The translations under genes were made by a program, and so were the position numbers. A stretch of DNA of 64,000 bases from Haplodiscus bocki. Lineage: Eukaryota. Position 1 is the stretch's first letter; every line of letters starts with the position of its first letter. Shown here piece after piece: positions 1-13,600 of the stretch. The stretch is from positions 76,260,001 to 76,324,000 of the forward strand of contig OZ296656.1 of NCBI GenBank assembly GCA_965655095.1, in the 5' to 3' direction. The notes beneath the pieces were generated by a model. The model saw only the letters and a program-made list of their open reading frames with translations. It made no database searches and was not told the origin of the DNA.

Positions 1-296
1 GCTCAATAAAAGTCCCTGAGAACTTCCCTGTATGTTTAACACGGCAAGTGGAATACAGCAACTATTACAAGGCTACTAAACGTTTAACTGGTGTAGATAG
101 CCACAACTAGAAATATTATCGTTAAAGCTTTCCATAATTTTTTAATTTCTACAAACTCCACAAATTTTTCACTGTTTCGCTCCTTTTTTTGGTTTATCAT
201 ATCCCATAAATGGTCAAATATTTCACCAAAGAACCCTTGGAATGCTTGATTTCTGTAAACTATCGGTGCGTCCTTGTAGATGCCATATTTCGACAA
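1..296 (-). pseudogene. Decayed fragment resembling iGluR/IR S1 and M3 segments
   Basis: APIVYRNQAFQGFFGEIFDHL followed by LWKALTIIFLVVAIYTS*TFSSLVI...LPC*TYREV when two stops are read through. Confidence 0.3.
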
Positions 297-430
297 ACGG
301 CTTCACGGCATTTCAAACCACAGAAAATTCACTTCGAAATCATTTCACTCCGAAAGCATTTCCTCCCGAAGGCGTTTCACCCCGAAACAGTTTACTATCA
401 GACATATTACCCGGAAGACATTTCACCCCT
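290..430 (-). repeat. Left arm of an inverted 15-bp minisatellite pair
   Basis: Degenerate gacatttcacccc-like units, the reverse complement of the 1960-2378 array. Confidence 0.65.
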
Positions 431-661
431 CTTTTCCACGAATCTTATCATGTTAATTAGCACAGCAAAGATTTCTTTTCATAATTGTGTTTTGCTGTAC
501 TGAAGCTTATATTTCTTGCTTACTAGAATGAACTATCAGAGTTTTATTGGTATTAACATCTGAATTTGGAACATTCGTAAAAATATATTTCTGTTGACTC
601 CTCATGTTGGTTATGGTAAGTAGTATCTATCGTATCTAGTTGTTTAGAGTGCCTATTAATA

Positions 662-1760
662 TAAGACGGGCGGTTAGCACCGGCATATTTTCCGCCCACC
701 AATTATGTTAAAGATGCCTTTTAAAAAGACGACAGCATCTTTTTGAAAAAAATACTGCTTCGTTAAATTTTGTATATTTTCCAAATTAAAAAATTTCCTG
801 ATTTTTTGCAGAAATTGACAATTACGGTGGAAACGACATTTTCAATAAATAAAATCAATTGATAGGCATTCTACAGCAAACTGCCAGCTTAAACAATTTT
901 GAAAAAAAAAAACAATTTTTTTTTCAAAAAAACAAGTTTTTTTCAAAAAAAAACAACTTTTCAAAAAGAAGCCAAAAAAATTCGGAAGAGTTGTCAAAAC
1001 TGCATTCTACGTGTCCAGAGGAACTTTTTGAACTGAAATTTTGTTTTGGAAAAATTATATTTGTAAAATTATTTTCGGACTTTGAGCAAAGAATTTTCGG
1101 AGTTTTGGCGAAAAGTTTTCGGCAGGGTTTTCAAAATTGCAATCTACGCGTCCAGAGAAGCCGTTTAGGGTTGTCAATTTTCTTCCAAACGTGAACGAAA
1201 TTGACAAGCATCGGCTTAAGAAAAAGCACCATTTGAGTGGATTATCTTCCTTCCAAATTTTAAATATCGTCCGAAAATAACAAGACCGCTGGCTACCACC
1301 CGCATATTTTGCGCCCTCCAATTTTGTTGAACATTCCTTTTAAAAAGATAAACACGTGTTTTATTGCAAAAAATACTCTTTCTTCATATGTTTTCAAATT
1401 TTTCCAAGTTTCAAATTTTTCTGTATTTTTTTTGCAAGAAAAACGTTGCAATTAAGGTGGAAGAGACATTTAAAAATAATAATTTGATACGCATTTTAGA
1501 GCAATTTTACGACCTTTAGCGATTGAGAAAGAATTAAATTTTTTTTTCAAAAAAAAAACATATTTTTCCAAAAAGACCCAAATTTCGTACGCTTTGAGAA
1601 ATCTTTCTATTTCAGTCCAATTCTACGACAATTTTGCTATAATTTGGTGATTAAAAAAGTTTAGAATCGTCATTTTCGTCATCATTGTGTAGGACACTGA
1701 AGATTCGGACATTATCAATTGGCAAATTAGCGTGAAAAAAGCACCGCTTTGAGTTTTGAG
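662..1760 (+). repeat. Two copies of a dispersed AAGACG.C.GG.TA element (starts about 662 and 1279)
   Basis: Shared head aagac(g/c)g.cgg.ta.caccggcatattt..cgcc and collinear bodies. Further copies at 4850-5287(-), 15510-15940(-), 20839(+) and 21378(+). Confidence 0.7.
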
Positions 1761-1959
1761 TGGATGATTTTCCATCCATATTATAAATATGGGTGGAAAA
1801 TGATAAGGGCTGAGTAAAGCCAAAATTCAAGTTCAGGTGAAAGGAGTTGCAGTGGATGTGAGAAGCCTCTTCTGGGTCAATTGAATTGCGGGACTGACAG
1901 ACAGAGAACTCGACTTCAGGATGGGGATCATTCTGGGAACGATTTGCTGCGACAGTGGA

Positions 1960-2378
1960 ATGTCTTGAGGTTGAAATTTCATTTGGTGAAAAATCTTGTG
2001 TGTGAAATTTCTTGGGGATGAAGCGCCTTGGGTTTGAAATGTCTTGGGGTGAAGTGTCTCGGGTTTGATGTGCTTTGGGGTACAATGTCTTAGAGTGAAA
2101 TGTCTTGGGGGTGAAGTGTCTTGGGGGTGAAGTGTTTTGGGGTTGATGTGTCTTGGGGGTGCAATTTCTTGGGGGTGAAATTTCTTGGGGGTGAATTTGT
2201 TTGGGGGTGAAATTTCTTGGGGGTGAAATTTCTCAGGGGTGAAATTTCTTGGGGGTGAAATTTCTTAGGGGTGAAATTTCTTGGGGGTGAAATTTCTTGG
2301 GAGTGAAATTTCTTGGGGCTGAAATGTCTTGTGGTGAATTGTCTTGAGGTGAAATGTCCTTGGGTGAATTTGTCTGAC
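1960..2378 (+). repeat. 15-bp minisatellite (ggggtgaaat[g/t]tctt), right arm
   Basis: More than 25 tandem units. They generate the spurious repetitive ORFs 1651-2085 and 2090-2404. Confidence 0.95.
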
Positions 2379-4849
2379 ATTTTACCTATCAAAACTAGGT
2401 CCAATATTGCGAATCAAAACCGGGATTACAATATCTAAATTACTAAATCGAAGAAAATTGAGTTCAAATTCTATTCATGTCTATAACTTGCAGAGGATTC
2501 GAATTTCGACGAGGTTTCTTTATTCTCAATTCGACCGAAGGTTCCCGGCTGGTAGCTAAAATTACACTAATTCAACAAATTGTGTTTCGCGACCATTAAA
2601 TATTTACAAAACATTGCTGTAACATCTATATTTCTCCGCAGAATACGTACGGAAAATTTCAGTCATTTCAATGTTTACTTTCTTCATAAAAATAACGTTT
2701 GTCTGCATTTCTGAAACATAGGGAAGATTTGTTCAAATTTTGAAAACCAGCGAAGGATTTGATTAATTTTAAACGTCTCAGAGATTTTACGGCCGAAATC
2801 AAGTTTATCTAAACCAACAATTCCAAAATTCACTTCTCCTACATTCGATTGGTTCAACGAATCCCATTTACCGACCTTAATGATGTCATCATTGGATAAT
2901 AAGTTCGGGAACCAATGAGATTTCTTCATTTTTGAAACGCGGTTTCATCAAACTCTGTTTCAGCGCTATATGGCGACAACCACCCCACCAGAAACTAAGT
3001 GCTTCAGCCCTACCCAAATTTCTGTATAAAATTATTTAAAATAAATCCCATTATAAACAAATTATTTTACAAGCTGGTTTAAAGAGTTTTACGACTTCGA
3101 ATTATAAGATCAGACGCTAAAACCGACCCCCTCCTAGGAAACGTTTCCCTGTGAAAGTTATAGAACAGACTAAATATTGTTCCTTCTTCCCAATAGTGAG
3201 CTATTTTATTGGCACTGTAGGAAAAAGGGGCCGATAGTTGGTGTCCCGGTACTGAGGAAAAGGTCGCCCGGATCGAAGCTTGGATAATTCCTCAGAAACT
3301 GAAAATTATTTCCATAGTACGCAGACATTTGTGTAAATCATGAAATTTTGTTTGCTTAATACCTTTACTGAACTAAATATAGCGCAACCTGAGCCCAAGT
3401 GTAGCGCCACGCAATGAATACTTCTCCCAAAGGGCATTCGGGAGCTGTTTAGACAAAGAAGTCGTAGTATCCTTGTTTGTTATAACCTGTATTTATCACG
3501 TGGTAAACAAAGAATGCAAACTAGTTATCAACCAGTTCGTTGGATACAAATCTAATTATTCCCAGCTCAGCAGAGGTGAATTACTTGTTACTCTAAAGAC
3601 CTGAAATGGTTTGACATAAAGGGTTAAGTTATAAAGTTAGATTGTATTGCCGGTTTTTTGAAGCTCTTTAAACGAGAGTATTTTTTCCCTATACCGTCCC
3701 AAAAAAAGTGTTACAAAATTTAAATTTCTGCAGAACGTTTTGTCACACTTCTTTCTTTTGACAAAGTTTTGCTTAGTTTAGGATACACATCCTTGCAAAT
3801 CTTCATCTCCGTGTTGTACTGTATTGAATTTAATAAAGTGAACTTCTGAGCAAAAAGGAACAACCGTGTAACCGATTTTCTCAGAGCACAATGATTTTGA
3901 GAGGAAACAGTAAAAGCAAAAGTTTCTTAGATCTTTCATATGTTTTTTGTTTCGAATGCAGGGCAATAGTGAAAAAAATTATGACTGCCCCAATTTTGAT
4001 CATTTTTGACCAAATTTGATCAGGTTTTTTTCTTGGAAATCTCGTAAAGTATAAAAAGATAGCGGAAAACAACAAGGTATAATTTTGTAGCTTTGAATCT
4101 TTGCCAAGAACTTTGACTGTGACAATGTTCAGGGAAATCAAGTCCTTAAAAGTTTACTTTAGTTACCTGAGGTGAATTTTCTATACATGCAGTTATAAAA
4201 AGGTTTAATGTTTCTCGGAGTTCAGATCGCAGAAAATTGCTCAAATCAAAAGTTTTAGGGGAGATTCGAAGCTGCAAAATGCTGCATCTTGTGTTTTTGT
4301 GCCTGCTTTGAAGTTTGAGATATTAAAGTTTTCGTGCATGGATAACAAGATATTACAAATTTGGAACAACAAGCGTTTTCAAAAGAACATGAAAGTGCGG
4401 TCAAATTTGCTCAACATGGCTTCGGATGGATTCGAAAGTTTAATTTGAGCCCATCACACCTAGATTGCTTATCCATTTAGTCTATCAAAATCTGCAAAAA
4501 GTTCAAAAATGATGAAAAATTACAAAAATCGGGGTTTCAAACTCTTCAAAAATTACTCCAATTTTCACCAAACAAAAACATTTGTGATCTCATCAAAATA
4601 ATTGAAATAAACACGTTTTCTTTTCTAAAATTCTTACTTTTTCAAGTTTTGAGCCTCAAATGCGTCGATTTTTGGTAAGAAGTCCACTTACTTAAAATCA
4701 CTACTGCAGAGTAGAACAACCATAATGGGTGTTGCTTGTCATCCGACTTTGAAATTCAATGAACCGAAGGAATAACTCTCAAATTGAAACAAAACTACCA
4801 AATTTGTTATATTCTGCTAAATAATAGGGAAATAAAATCTTTTCCTCAC

Positions 4850-5287
4850 CGCTCGCGTTTTTTCAGGTTTACTTGCCAATTACACGAGTGGCAAAATTTG
4901 TCAAAATTGCACGATTCTGACTCGGAAGTTTTTTTAACTCGTAGGAGAAATGCCGTAGAATTCGACTGAAATAGTTGCATTCCTGAAATACGTTTGAAAT
5001 CGTCTTTTTGAAAAATTACAATTTTTTGGGGAAAAATCCGAATGTTTTCACAATCGAGGAAAAGTGGCAAATTTCTAGTAAAAAGCAAAGCATGTAAGTG
5101 AAATTTCCTTTGAATCTTTTTTTTTTCGAAAAGAGTTTGGGCTTTTTAAACAAATGAAAATTTTCAATTTTGGGAGAAATTGTGAAAGCTGTTGTAGAAA
5201 TCATATAAAATGGTAATTTTTCTGAAAAACATTTTTTTTCTACCAGTTGGAAGGCGGAAAAAATCCCACTGATAGCCGGGCGTCTTA
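4850..5287 (-). repeat. Dispersed AAGACG-family element copy
   Basis: Reverse complement begins aataagacgcccggctatcagtgggattttttccgcc. Collinear with 15510-15940. Confidence 0.7.
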
Positions 5288-5645
5288 TTTAATGGGTTTA
5301 AACTTGATTAAAGTTCCCGAATCCTTACATGTTTTTTAGCAATTTCCAGTTTAGCATTTACCGAAACCAACATTACAAATGATAACATTTCTCATTTATG
5401 ACTTGCATTTTTACCGTTCTTGAAACATTTTTGCTGATCTTTCAACCAATTACAACCTTTATTACGGCCCTTTAATGGAAATGTCAAGCAGAGGCTCCAG
5501 ACCCAAAGTTCAACGGTCTGCCAGTGCGGCCGGGAAAGATGCTACTGTTTCTTCTAGGTAACCCATACAAAACATATAAATAAAAAAATTTTCAATCCAT
5601 CTCAAAAAAACTTATAGTTATAATGGTGAGCATGACGTCAAAATA

Positions 5646-5939
5646 CCCTGTGCAACGGATCAAAGTAGGCCTGCCAAGAAACTTGGAAAAACTTGGACTT
5701 GCGTGCTGGCTTGAAAAGGCGCCTGGAAAAAAATTGGCAGGCTTTGCAACACGTGGAAAAATCTTGTTAGGCTCGGCAAGACACATGAAAAAAACTTGGC
5801 ACGCTTGGCAAGATGCTACGACGCTTGGCAGCCTTGCGATGATCCTGCATGATCATAATTGCTTAGATAAGATCTAACCAAGATCTTGGTAAGTATATCC
5901 ATGTATCTTCTTAGGCCTACCATGATCCGTAACACTGGG
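5646..5939. mobile_element. MITE with TA-flanked CCC...GGG termini and CTTGG/CCAAG internal repeats
   Basis: Left end TA-CCCTGTGCAACGGATC versus the reverse complement of the right end, TA-CCCAGTGTTACGGATC. Confidence 0.8.
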
Positions 5940-8169
5940 TAGCTATCGGATCATTCGGTGCTTTTTTTCTTAAAAAAAGCTATTATCCAGCGCTTAGTAT
6001 TTCGTCCGTCTTGCCAAGAAAAACAAAAATTATTTTTGCGATTTAGTTTTCCCATTTTCAATCTTCATGTAACTTACAAAATCCTCAAGTAGTAGCAGTA
6101 GCAGTAGAAAATTACAAACTCAAAAAAAACATTCGATTTGATGGCGGGTTGTATTGCTGAAGATGAAATGGTAGCAAATCAAATAGTGGATAGTCATTAT
6201 ACTTTCGAACAACCATTATATAGAGCATGCAATAGTTTCGTGAAAATCGTAAAAAAACATAAAATTGTTGTATTCCTTCAAGTTATAGATATTCAAAATT
6301 GATTCTTTCGAGACCAATAAATCAGCGGAATGAATAAATTATGAAAAGAAAATTGTAGATTTTATGCACGTAGAATCTTGTTCATCTTTCAACAAAATCC
6401 GAGATTTGTACTCGTTTGGTTAAGAAAATCATTGAAACATTTTGGATTTGTTGGCAAGGTATCTCGCCGGGATTTCCCCCATATGCTAAGAAGGCCAAGA
6501 TATTGGGAACGCAAATAAGATCCGGCAGCAATGTATATTAAGTTTCAAAAAATTGAGCAACGCTGCATCGATAAAACTACAATCGATCAAATAATTGTCT
6601 TTGGTGCTCGAGCAAAAAGCGCTGTTATCAACGGTTCAATTTTTTCTAAGATGTGCTTCCAAACGAAAAAAATTGAAAAGAAAACAAATTTTATTGAAGC
6701 GATATAACGTGGGAGGGTTTTGTAGCGGGGTTTTCAAGCTTAACTGAATTTTGTCAGGTGGTCATATCTCGCGTTAAAGTTAGAAAATATAGCTCAGGAG
6801 TAGTCACATCTCATAACTTTCGCCTCAGTCTTTTCTCACAGCCAAATTGGATTTTGTAAGAGAAAGTTTCAAACGAGGTCTTAAATCTTCGAATACAAAT
6901 TCTGACACATTCCATGACAAGCCAAATTCATTATTCCACGTACAAAGCGTGGACAGAGGAAGACAAGACCGATAAAAACCATGAAACGAGAATGTTTTGC
7001 AACAAAACCGTATCGGAACGTTGCGTGCAACCCAAAATCGTGCATGAATAGCCCTTGTTTTAACATTTGCATCTTTTTCACGAAAAAATCCAGAAGAATC
7101 GCTAGAAACTCAAAATCTGAGCGCTCTTCGAGCTGGAGAAGTGATATCAAAAAAGAAACTTTTATGGTGTGATGAAATACTGAGTTATCTACAATTCCTT
7201 AAAAGTACGTCTATATTCTATGTGTATGAAGCAATTACTGGAAATACACCCGTGTTGATGTTTTCACCTCACAATTCATTCTGCATTAAAAGAGCAGAAG
7301 AAGTCACAATAGAAGAGAAAAGACACATCTAGCTATAATGAGAACGCAAGCAGAATATTTTTGGGAGACTATAACACAAACATCGGTTTCCAACCGCTGA
7401 GAATGGAGAACGGTGGATAACGCACCAGTGCTCAACCTACCAACAAAAACACCTGAATACGAACACATTAGTATGACTGAGACATGACACATCGGTTTCG
7501 GTCAAACGCTGGACCAATCCGCAGGTTCAGACATTTTGCAGTGTCTGAACCAAATAAATAATTCATTGGTGCTGAACAGACATTTACCAATGTTTAGCTC
7601 TGTAATCTGATTTTAACTAAAATGAACAAACGTATTGCGGTGTTAAATCAAAAAATCACGGGTAGTAGTGCTCTTACAGACCTTTCCCGATGTCTGAAGC
7701 TAATTTATCTCCACACTCAAAATCCATGGCGCTCACTAGATACTTTTAGTACATCAGCTGCAAAAAAACGAACACGCTTAAAACAATTGCTAACGTATCC
7801 TAGTAAGGATAATAGCAGAATTAACAGTCCCTACTAAACCCGGTTGATAAATCAACCAACAGACATACTCTGATCTCTGTGCAATTTGTGCTTTTTGCGT
7901 ATTCCAGCGCATGGACATTTTCCAATGCAAACAATATTGTGTGCTAGAACCTATATTCTGCTCAAAATCAGCCGTAATTCAATAATTTGAGATTATTTGA
8001 AGCTGGATAATTAGATAATCTGCCAGATTTTTTTCATAGATTAGTACAAGAATTTGCATAAATTTCATGCGTTTGACGCTCTAGCGGCAAATTTGCATCT
8101 GAAACTTTATTTGTTTACTTATTACAAAAAGCATTGAGCTAATACGAAGACACTGATGGTATTAAATGC

Positions 8170-8715
8170 GTCTGCAACAGGCCAAAAGAACACACATTCC
8201 TTAGAACGCCGCGCAGCCACAGTAGTAACTTCGTAAATCTAGTACCATTAAATTACTTCTAATGGTAACTTCATCATCGCCAATTCAGTGACATACACCA
8301 ATATACATCAGTTCCCACCAGCACAAGCTATAATATAACTGTTGCTCCTTAAGTGACTCACTCCTATTTTCAAGTCTTCATAACTTGTATGAGTTTTTTC
8401 AAAACACTAGAACTCTAAGAAGCGGTAAAACACGCAAAGAAGCCATCCACCCGAAAATGTCTGTAAAAATGGAAACCTTAAAAAATGCATCCCAACAGTC
8501 AGACACCGACCAAAATAGCATAGGAAACGACCGAGTTACTTCTGAAGTGGTTGAAGAAAGAATAAGAGAATCAGGGCTAATCTCGAACCCTTGAACGAAC
8601 AAATTTCGAATGTGACAAAATGCTTCATCAATTGCTAAACGAAAACTCGGCAAAAACTCCCCAAACGGCAGGTTCTTGTCCTAACTGCCACACACGAGAT
8701 CCCCGCCCGACGGGT
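8170..8715 (+). mobile_element. Decayed LTR-element 5' fragment (gag N-terminus-like)
   Basis: TRTLRSGK at the start, then VTSEVVEERIR and a frameshifted LEPLNEQISN continuation. The RxLRSGK start is common in gag proteins. Confidence 0.35.
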
Positions 8716-10235
8716 AATAATTTCTTTTATAGTGTCATTTCGTTTATTAGCAATGTCAAAATTGTATATATGTCCGATTCAATCAGTTTTTCTCTCTAGG
8801 AGTCAAGTACTTTAGGTCGTATTTCGTCTAGGTCAGGCCGAGTTCTTACTGCCACTCAGCAGAAGCAAGAGTTCGGAGACCCGCTGTGTGCTAGTGAAAG
8901 AACCCTCTCGTTTGTAGTTTCCTGATGTAACTCAGGCCTTTACACGTAGCTTCGAGGACTTAAATTTCTTAAGTATGCTGGACAAGCGGCATCACATGCT
9001 TGAATGCCTCACTGCAAACGTTTTATGTTGAAAGCTTTCTTTTACATTTCTTACCAGAAAATTGGTAACTAATGTGAACAAAATAGCGTGCAGACAAGGT
9101 GAGTGGGAGCTAATTTAGAGTTCTCATTTAGAAAAAAATTTATCCTTTATAGGGGTGGATTATTGCTTGTTTCAATAAACGTACAAGTTTGAAAATAAGG
9201 AAGCTAAATGAATTTTCGAAAACAAGTAGCTTGGAACAAACTATAAATAGGTGACCAAAGTTTTGAGACGTACTTCAGATACCTGTTGACATCAGTACGA
9301 ATCGAGGTATTGGTCAGTGATCCGATCTTTCTCGATATTAATATTTTAATCGCTAATTATTCCATGAGAAATAACATAAACAATTCAAACGTGTGATAAT
9401 TGTGTTGCGTCGATTAATTTCACTCAATAATTGCGTCAAAATAGAGAGAGACGATAATTTGTCCAAACTGTCGCACTATAGCTATTTTGACAGCCCAAAA
9501 CTTGTCAAGATACCGTTTTTTGGGTGACCTAGTAGTCGAAGAGGATTCCAAACTTTCAAAATTCTTTCCAACAATTATAACCTTGAAGCGACAACAACCA
9601 CAGACGAAGGCAATGCGTCTTCTGGGGATAATATTTGTGAAGAAACAACCACCCTTTTACCGGCCCCAAGAAGTTCGAGGTCAAATCCAAGGACCCCGCC
9701 ACTATTTGACCCGTTAGTTTGCTTCACCTATTTTCGTTTATTTTGAAAACTTTTATTTGTCATTACGGTATTTCAATTGGAAGAGCAAATATTTTACAGA
9801 AGCATAACAAGTATACTGTGTTCTTGAAACCTTATGTGTTGTTTAACCTATCATTTTCTAGAACTGCAAGCGCTGTCGAAGTTCTTCAAAAATTCTTTTT
9901 CGTGACTTCCTAGAACTACCATTAACGATAAGGTAACCTTGGTATCTGCAATACCAATAAGTGTTTGAGATCCTCACGAATAAAATAAATCGCTATTTAT
10001 TCAAAAGTACTATATTATGTTTTGAAAAATGAATTTACAACTGAAGGCTTTATGCATACCAAATTTTCCGTATTTTTTTCTGCTGAGGAGTTTCAGTAAT
10101 TTTTTTTCGAATGTTTCATAATGTTCCAAAAAGTCAAATACAGAATAAAAAAAATGCTTCAAAGTATCAGTGTCTTCGAAGCCTGCATTCCATGACTCTC
10201 ATTTTACATGATAAACATACTTAAACTAAGCTCTA

Positions 10236-10455
10236 CCCGGGTTGTCAGCTATGGTCAAGCATGAAAATTATGCTATGACATGGTATGATCATTGTGATTC
10301 ATGCTCGCCATGGTATGATCATGGTAAGATAATGTAATGGTCATCATGGACTATAGCATGATCATGGCATTGCCGTCATGAAAAATAGCATGATCATGCC
10401 AATGTGACCATGGTCATTATTATTACGTAGTCAGGACGCTAATTATCCAGCCAAC
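10236..10455 (-). mobile_element. CATG-rich non-autonomous DNA element, truncated by the assembly gap
   Basis: Close reverse complement of 44093-44310; begins TA-CCCGGG. Confidence 0.8.
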
Positions 10456-10655
10456 NNNNNNNNNNNNNNNNNNNNNNNNNNNNNNNNNNNNNNNNNNNNN
10501 NNNNNNNNNNNNNNNNNNNNNNNNNNNNNNNNNNNNNNNNNNNNNNNNNNNNNNNNNNNNNNNNNNNNNNNNNNNNNNNNNNNNNNNNNNNNNNNNNNNN
10601 NNNNNNNNNNNNNNNNNNNNNNNNNNNNNNNNNNNNNNNNNNNNNNNNNNNNNNN
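10456..10655. other. Assembly gap (200 N)
   Basis: Run of N. Confidence 1.
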
Positions 10656-13600
10656 GCTCATCTGATTGAACAATTGCACTTTTCTTCAGAAATCTTTTCA
10701 CATTTTTTCCCTAGCAGTTTCAATTTTTCAGCAGCTGCTTTGTTTATGAACGTCCGTTGGGAGAAAGTATTCCAGAGTTTGTTTTACTAATAAGTTCAGT
10801 TTTATGGTTTTTTCACAAAGCGCATTTTTCACATTGCTGATAGTTTTTGTTTTCGTTAACGTCATTTCCAGTTCCAAACTATTTTTCTAGAGCTAATTTG
10901 ATTTTTTTCGCACTTTTTTGTCAGATATTTTATGTATGACCAATACACAGCACAGTGATTGTGATTTTCCCGGAAATTTTGGTATGAAGAAAACAATTTT
11001 TCCATTTTTCTTAGAGGCATTTTGGGTTGCAGTTTTTGGTTCATTGGCATCCAAAAAAAATCAAAATCATTTTCGTCTATGTTTCTAATCCAACGTGTTT
11101 GTTTCAAAGGGATAGGGATTTACAACTCCAGCTTCTGGTATAAAGTTACTACCCCTCCGAAAAATATTATTAAATAATCTTATCTGATTTATTACTTCTT
11201 CTTCAATATTTCTGATGTTGCTTTAATTGTTAATCTACCTCTTTTGACAATCGCCGTATTTCATATCAGTTAATTTTGAAAAGCAGTATCAGTTTCTGCT
11301 TCCCCTTTTGCTTTTTATTTTAAGTTACGACGTCTTTTGCTGCTTGATCTTCCTAATCATGGCTATCAACTGAACCTTCATCATGAAGTGTCTGACTTGT
11401 AGCTCCAACTCCAACAGATTTATATCAAAAATTATTAAAATCCAATTGCAAGTTATTCATATTCACTTCCAAATGTTTTTGAAACGTTCATCTTTGCGTT
11501 CGCAAAGCAAAAAGCTAGTTTCACTAACGTCATAAACAATTAATCCTTTAGCCTTTCTCAAAAATTTATGTTTGTTTTTGGTAGTTTCGGTTTTCAATTC
11601 ATTAAACTTGTTTCTTTTTTGAAATTCGTTTCAGCATTTCTTTCTTCTAAAATTCTGTTGATGTAGTTAGAGTATTTTTAGGTGACTAAGATTTTTTCGT
11701 GTGGTTTTTTCCAGATACTTCGTACTGAGGTTGAGTTCTAGCAAATTTTCCACAACTAAGATAACTCAATCTATCATTACTTTTGATTTTAGTAATGGTA
11801 ATTTCATTTTCTTCTTGCAAAAAGTCAGTTTTTTGTTTGTCATCTTACTTTTGCATTCGTTTTGTTCCAGGTTCTCCCAACAAGTTTGCAGTCTTTTCTC
11901 GTAACTTATTTTATAGCGACTCGTTTTTTGCAGTAGATTTTTCAATTTTGTTATCTTCCAATCATTTATATAATTTTTTTTTCAGTGGAGAGCCTCAATG
12001 CTACTAAATCTTCCCCCTTTTTTGGTTATGTTAAAACTGAGTGGGATTTGCATACTTTTAAATCTTCTTTTGTTTTTTCTCCTGAAAAATTGGTTTTTGA
12101 TACCAAAAGTTTTGCTGAGTCGCTTAGTTTTTACTATATTTCTCTTTTGATAATACTTTTATTGGAAAAGTTTTCTTTAAAACAATCTGAAATTCACTCT
12201 GTTTCAATGTCATTGGGTCAAGCAACTTCTTAGGGAGCACTCCAAAAAATATCAGTCGCTTTCCGAAGAATCGTTGTTCTGAAAATAGTTCTGTTACATG
12301 GGTTTTCATCGTTTCATCAGTGTCATAGCTTTTTAAAAGTTAAATCTTAGCATGCTATTTGTTCTGCTGTTTGTTTTTTGCGTTAATTTTTGAATATTTG
12401 CCTTTGTTTTTGAAGTTTTCGGTTTAATGTCCTGTTTATAAGGTTTTATCAATCTATTTTCGATTTTTATCGGAGTGATTTTTAAGCAAAAGTCTCTTAT
12501 TTTTAATATAAATAGACTATTTCATAAACAGAATTAAAGTATTGCTCCAATAACTATTCATTTCTTTTCATTTGTTTTATTGTCGCAAGTTTCATTTTAT
12601 TCGTCAAAAAACTAAATGAACTTTCCAAAACGTTTTCTATAATAATCACTAAAACTTGTGTATGTTTTATACTGTTTTAATAATTTTGCATTTCAAAGAG
12701 TTTAACAGGTTAACAAAATGAAAGCTTGATTTTTAAGTTATATAGCTTCCCTTTGTTTTTCCGTTATGCAATATCTCTTAATTGATCTGTTTTTTTTTGC
12801 TGTTATTCAATCGAGCCGTTATTTTGCTAAGTTTTACGTTTAATTTTGCTCCGAGAGCTTTTTCAGCTTTCATGACGGGTTATTTTTGCCTGAATGGTCC
12901 AGTCAAGTTATGCTTCGTCTCACATGCGGACAGCAATGGCGCATTAGCTCGGAAAATTTGGTGTTTTCCATGGGGATGGAGAAAGGTGGCACACCGTATA
13001 ATGTGGAAAAAACCTAATGATTAAGTTCTTCAATAGGGTTGCTCAAAAGAGTTGGCGAGTGATATTTTATTTTATATTTTTTGAAAGGTTAGAAAACTTG
13101 CCCTAATGTTTTGATCATCCAAAACCCTATTTTGCAACTGTTTTTGTCAGGTCAGATAATACTTCTTTTTTTGCTAGTTCTTTCAGGAGTAATGAGTTTA
13201 CAAAATCATTATCATCTCCAAAAAATTTTTTTTGACTTGAACTTGCGTTGTCTACTTCTCTCATTATTTTCACAAAAATGTGCTCAGCATTAGTATCATG
13301 CCCACCCAAATGAAGGATTGCTTCTTCGAAGCTAAAATAAAATTACTTAGTACCAAAACAGAAACATAAGCAGTGCCAGGCAATGAAAACTAATTATTTG
13401 CTTTATAACCTCCTTGAATATTAATATAGGGTCCATCGTTTCTGTTTGATTTTTTGTTTCTGCTGAGTACGCCACCATTTGTTAATGAAATTAAGAAAGA
13501 AATTAAAATCTTAAAAGTCACAGGTCAATTTTGTACTGGACGGCTGTGCCACATAAATTTTATTCAATACCAACCAGTGTCTAAAAGACAGTTTCAATAA

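Noticed and set aside
1651-2404. Repetitive ORFs (FTPKKFHPQEISP...)
   Set aside because: Translation of the 15-bp minisatellite.
6130-6700. Possible piggyBac-like transposase remnant
   Set aside because: Only vague fragments (KVSRRDF); no catalytic motif recoverable.
7524-7551. 10-bp perfect hairpin (a similar one at 18070-18092) as terminator or Helitron end
   Set aside because: No adjacent CTRR end or other supporting context, and intrinsic terminators are not expected in this genome.
10423-10701. ORFs spanning N runs (also 61428-61760)
   Set aside because: Assembly-gap artefacts.
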